Below, piece after piece: positions 59,740-64,000 of a stretch of DNA of 64,000 nucleotides; the first letter of the stretch is position 1, and the number at the start of each line of letters is the position of its first letter. This stretch comes from Vicinamibacterales bacterium (GTDB taxonomy: Bacteria > Acidobacteriota > Vicinamibacteria > Vicinamibacterales > 2-12-FULL-66-21), in the NCBI GenBank assembly GCA_048594975.1, contig JBMDXQ010000090.1, forward strand, positions 416,102 to 480,101, in the 5' to 3' direction. The notes under the pieces are model-generated. The model saw only the letters and a program-made list of their open reading frames with translations. It had not been told where the DNA came from and did not search any database. A program made the translations under genes and the position numbers.

Positions 59740-60027
59740 CACGGCGGCGGGCCACCCGGCTTTTTCCACAGCCGGGCCGCGGGGCTGCCGTGGACGCGCT
59801 GTGGACGCCGCCGCAAGGGAGGATCCCGCACCCGGATTCCGAGTTGCCATCCACTGTAAACAGTACTGGTGGTCCACAGCCTAAACTATAGAAATGTAAG
59901 GACTAAGGGCGCTGTTTTGTGTTTCCAACAGTGACTCTTTATTGATATACTTTCTTGTCCTAGATCTCCCTCTATTCGAAGGGATCGGCGCGTCGCGCCG
60001 GCGCGCCTCCCGCGAGGTCAACACCAC
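59740..60027. other. candidate oriC core: DnaA boxes plus AT-rich unwinding region in the dnaA-dnaN spacer
   Basis: TTTTCCACA at 59762-59770; weaker boxes TGTGGAC (59800-06) and TGGTCCACA (59870-78). 59881-59980 has 37 G+C per 100 nt (hand count), against a G+C-rich surrounding. Confidence 0.7.
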
Positions 60028-61149
60028 ATGGAACTGGTCGTCCGCAAGACCGATCTGCTGCGCGAACTTCAGCTGTTCCAGGGCATCGTCGAACGCAAAA
60101 ACACGATTCCGATTCTGGCCAACGTGCTCATCGAAACGGACGGTGACGAGCTCAAGTTCCTGGCAACCGACCTCGAGGTCGGGCTCCGTAGTCGGTGTGC
60201 AGCATCGGTCGCCAAGGGGGGATCGCTGACGCTTCCCGCCAAGAAACTCTACGAGATCGTCAAGGCGCTGCCGGAGACTGACGTTCGTATCGAGGAAGAC
60301 AAGAACGGCGTCAAGGTTGCAGCCGATCGGTTCGACTCGCGGATGCAAACGCTGCCACGCGAGGATTTTCCGACCTTGCCGGATGCCACCGGAACGGTAA
60401 GCGCGACGCTGCCTCGCCAGGTACTGCGGCAGATGGTCGAGAAGACGCAGTTTGCCATCACCGGCGAGGACACGCGCTACTTCCTCAACGGGGCGCTGTT
60501 CATCCTGCGGCCGGATTCGATGAGCCTGGTGTCGACCGACGGCCATCGTCTGGCGCTCATCACAGTGCCGCGCGAGAAGGGCAAGGGGCGCGGTGCGCGC
60601 GCCGAGGAGGAGGTCCGCGTCATCCTGCCGCGCAAGACGCTGCTCGAGCTCGGGCGGCTGCTGGCCGACGGCGAGGGAGACATCCAGTACGAGCGCGGCG
60701 AGAACCACCTGTTCTTCGACGTCGGCGGCCGGTTGCTGATCTCGCGCATGATCGACGGTCAGTTTCCCGCCTTCGAGCGCGTCATCCCGAAGAGCAACGA
60801 CAAGCGCGTGGACTTCGACCGCGATCGGCTGACCAGCGCGGTGCGCCGTGTGGCGCTGCTCTCGAACGAGCGCTCGCGCGCGGTCAAGTTCGCGATCGAC
60901 AAGGGCCGGGTCGAAATTGCATCGAGCAGCCCGGAGTTCGGCGAGGCGAAGGAAGTCCTCATCGTCGACTACGGCGCCGCTCCGGTGACCATCTGCTTCA
61001 ACGCCCAGTACGTGCTCGACTTCCTCGGCGTGGTGGAAACCGATTCGGTCAGCCTGGAGTTCAAGGACGAGATGAGCCAGGCGGTGATGAAGCCGATCGG
61101 AGCGGACGGGTACGACTACACCTACGTCATCATGCCGATGCGTGTGTGA
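60028..61149 (+). CDS. dnaN: DNA polymerase III beta sliding clamp
   Basis: 373 aa; MELVVRKTDLLRELQLFQGIVERKNTIPILANVLIE. Confidence 0.97.
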   Translation: MELVVRKTDLLRELQLFQGIVERKNTIPILANVLIETDGDELKFLATDLEVGLRSRCAASVAKGGSLTLPAKKLYEIVKALPETDVRIEEDKNGVKVAADRFDSRMQTLPREDFPTLPDATGTVSATLPRQVLRQMVEKTQFAITGEDTRYFLNGALFILRPDSMSLVSTDGHRLALITVPREKGKGRGARAEEEVRVILPRKTLLELGRLLADGEGDIQYERGENHLFFDVGGRLLISRMIDGQFPAFERVIPKSNDKRVDFDRDRLTSAVRRVALLSNERSRAVKFAIDKGRVEIASSSPEFGEAKEVLIVDYGAAPVTICFNAQYVLDFLGVVETDSVSLEFKDEMSQAVMKPIGADGYDYTYVIMPMRV

Positions 61150-61166
61150 ACCACTGAACCTCCTGA

Positions 61167-63800
<2,634 letters not shown>

Positions 63801-63803
<3 letters not shown>

Positions 63804-63830
63804 TCGGCGCTCGCGGCGCGGCGCCGATCA
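63801..63830 (+). terminator. 10-bp perfect hairpin beginning at the gyrB stop codon (intercistronic structure, no U-tract)
   Basis: TGATCGGCGC / GCGCCGATCA with a 10-nt loop. Confidence 0.3.
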
Positions 63831-63893
63831 GACCGCCGCGAGCCATCCCGAACCGACCACCGAGCGCCGGACGCCGAGCACCGACCCACACGC

Positions 63894-64000
63894 ATGACCG
63901 ACATCGCCGCCTCGAAGATCCCCGTCAACATCGAAGACGAGATGAAGCGTTCGTACATGGATTACGCGATGAGCGTGATCATCGGACGGGCGCTGCCGGA
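63894..64000 (+). CDS. gyrA: DNA gyrase subunit A (5' end only, continues beyond the window)
   Basis: ATG 63894: [35 protein letters not shown]. Confidence 0.95.
   Translation, partial: MTDIAASKIPVNIEDEMKRSYMDYAMSVIIGRALP

Overview
High-GC bacterial chromosome segment (about two-thirds G+C by eye) that spans the replication origin. All calls come from reading the sequence and recalling family motifs; no searches were run.

Origin region: 26 consecutive minus-strand genes (31721-58030) end with parB-parA-rsmG-mnmG-mnmE-jag-yidC-yidD-rnpA-rpmH. Then dnaA-dnaN-gyrB-gyrA run on the plus strand. TTTTCCACA DnaA boxes flank dnaA, a 37% G+C stretch lies between dnaA and dnaN, and a perfect parS palindrome sits upstream of parA.

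Further left lie:
- selD
- an F1Fo ATP synthase operon (b', b, delta, alpha, gamma, beta, epsilon; no a or c subunit genes) with unusually structured spacers
- a PP2C-Wzm-Wzt-RfaE block
- mfd, a surA-like gene, a NusG paralog and dusB
- a regulatory neighbourhood: sigma-54 activator, FliA-type sigma, hybrid kinase, and an HTH gene coupled to a lone DHp-like protein
- metabolic and envelope genes

The VWFA-related domain at the left edge suggests Acidobacteriota (unverified).

Main result: two in-frame TGA codons are best read as selenocysteine.
- One is in selD, which the ORF track truncates.
- The other splits a PCYCGC-family lipoprotein gene. Reading through it restores a U-x-x-C motif and the conserved C-terminal half of the family.
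- Each TGA is followed by a stable hairpin.

No mobile elements, CRISPR arrays, tRNA or rRNA genes were found. Many long ORFs in the track are antisense artefacts of high G+C.
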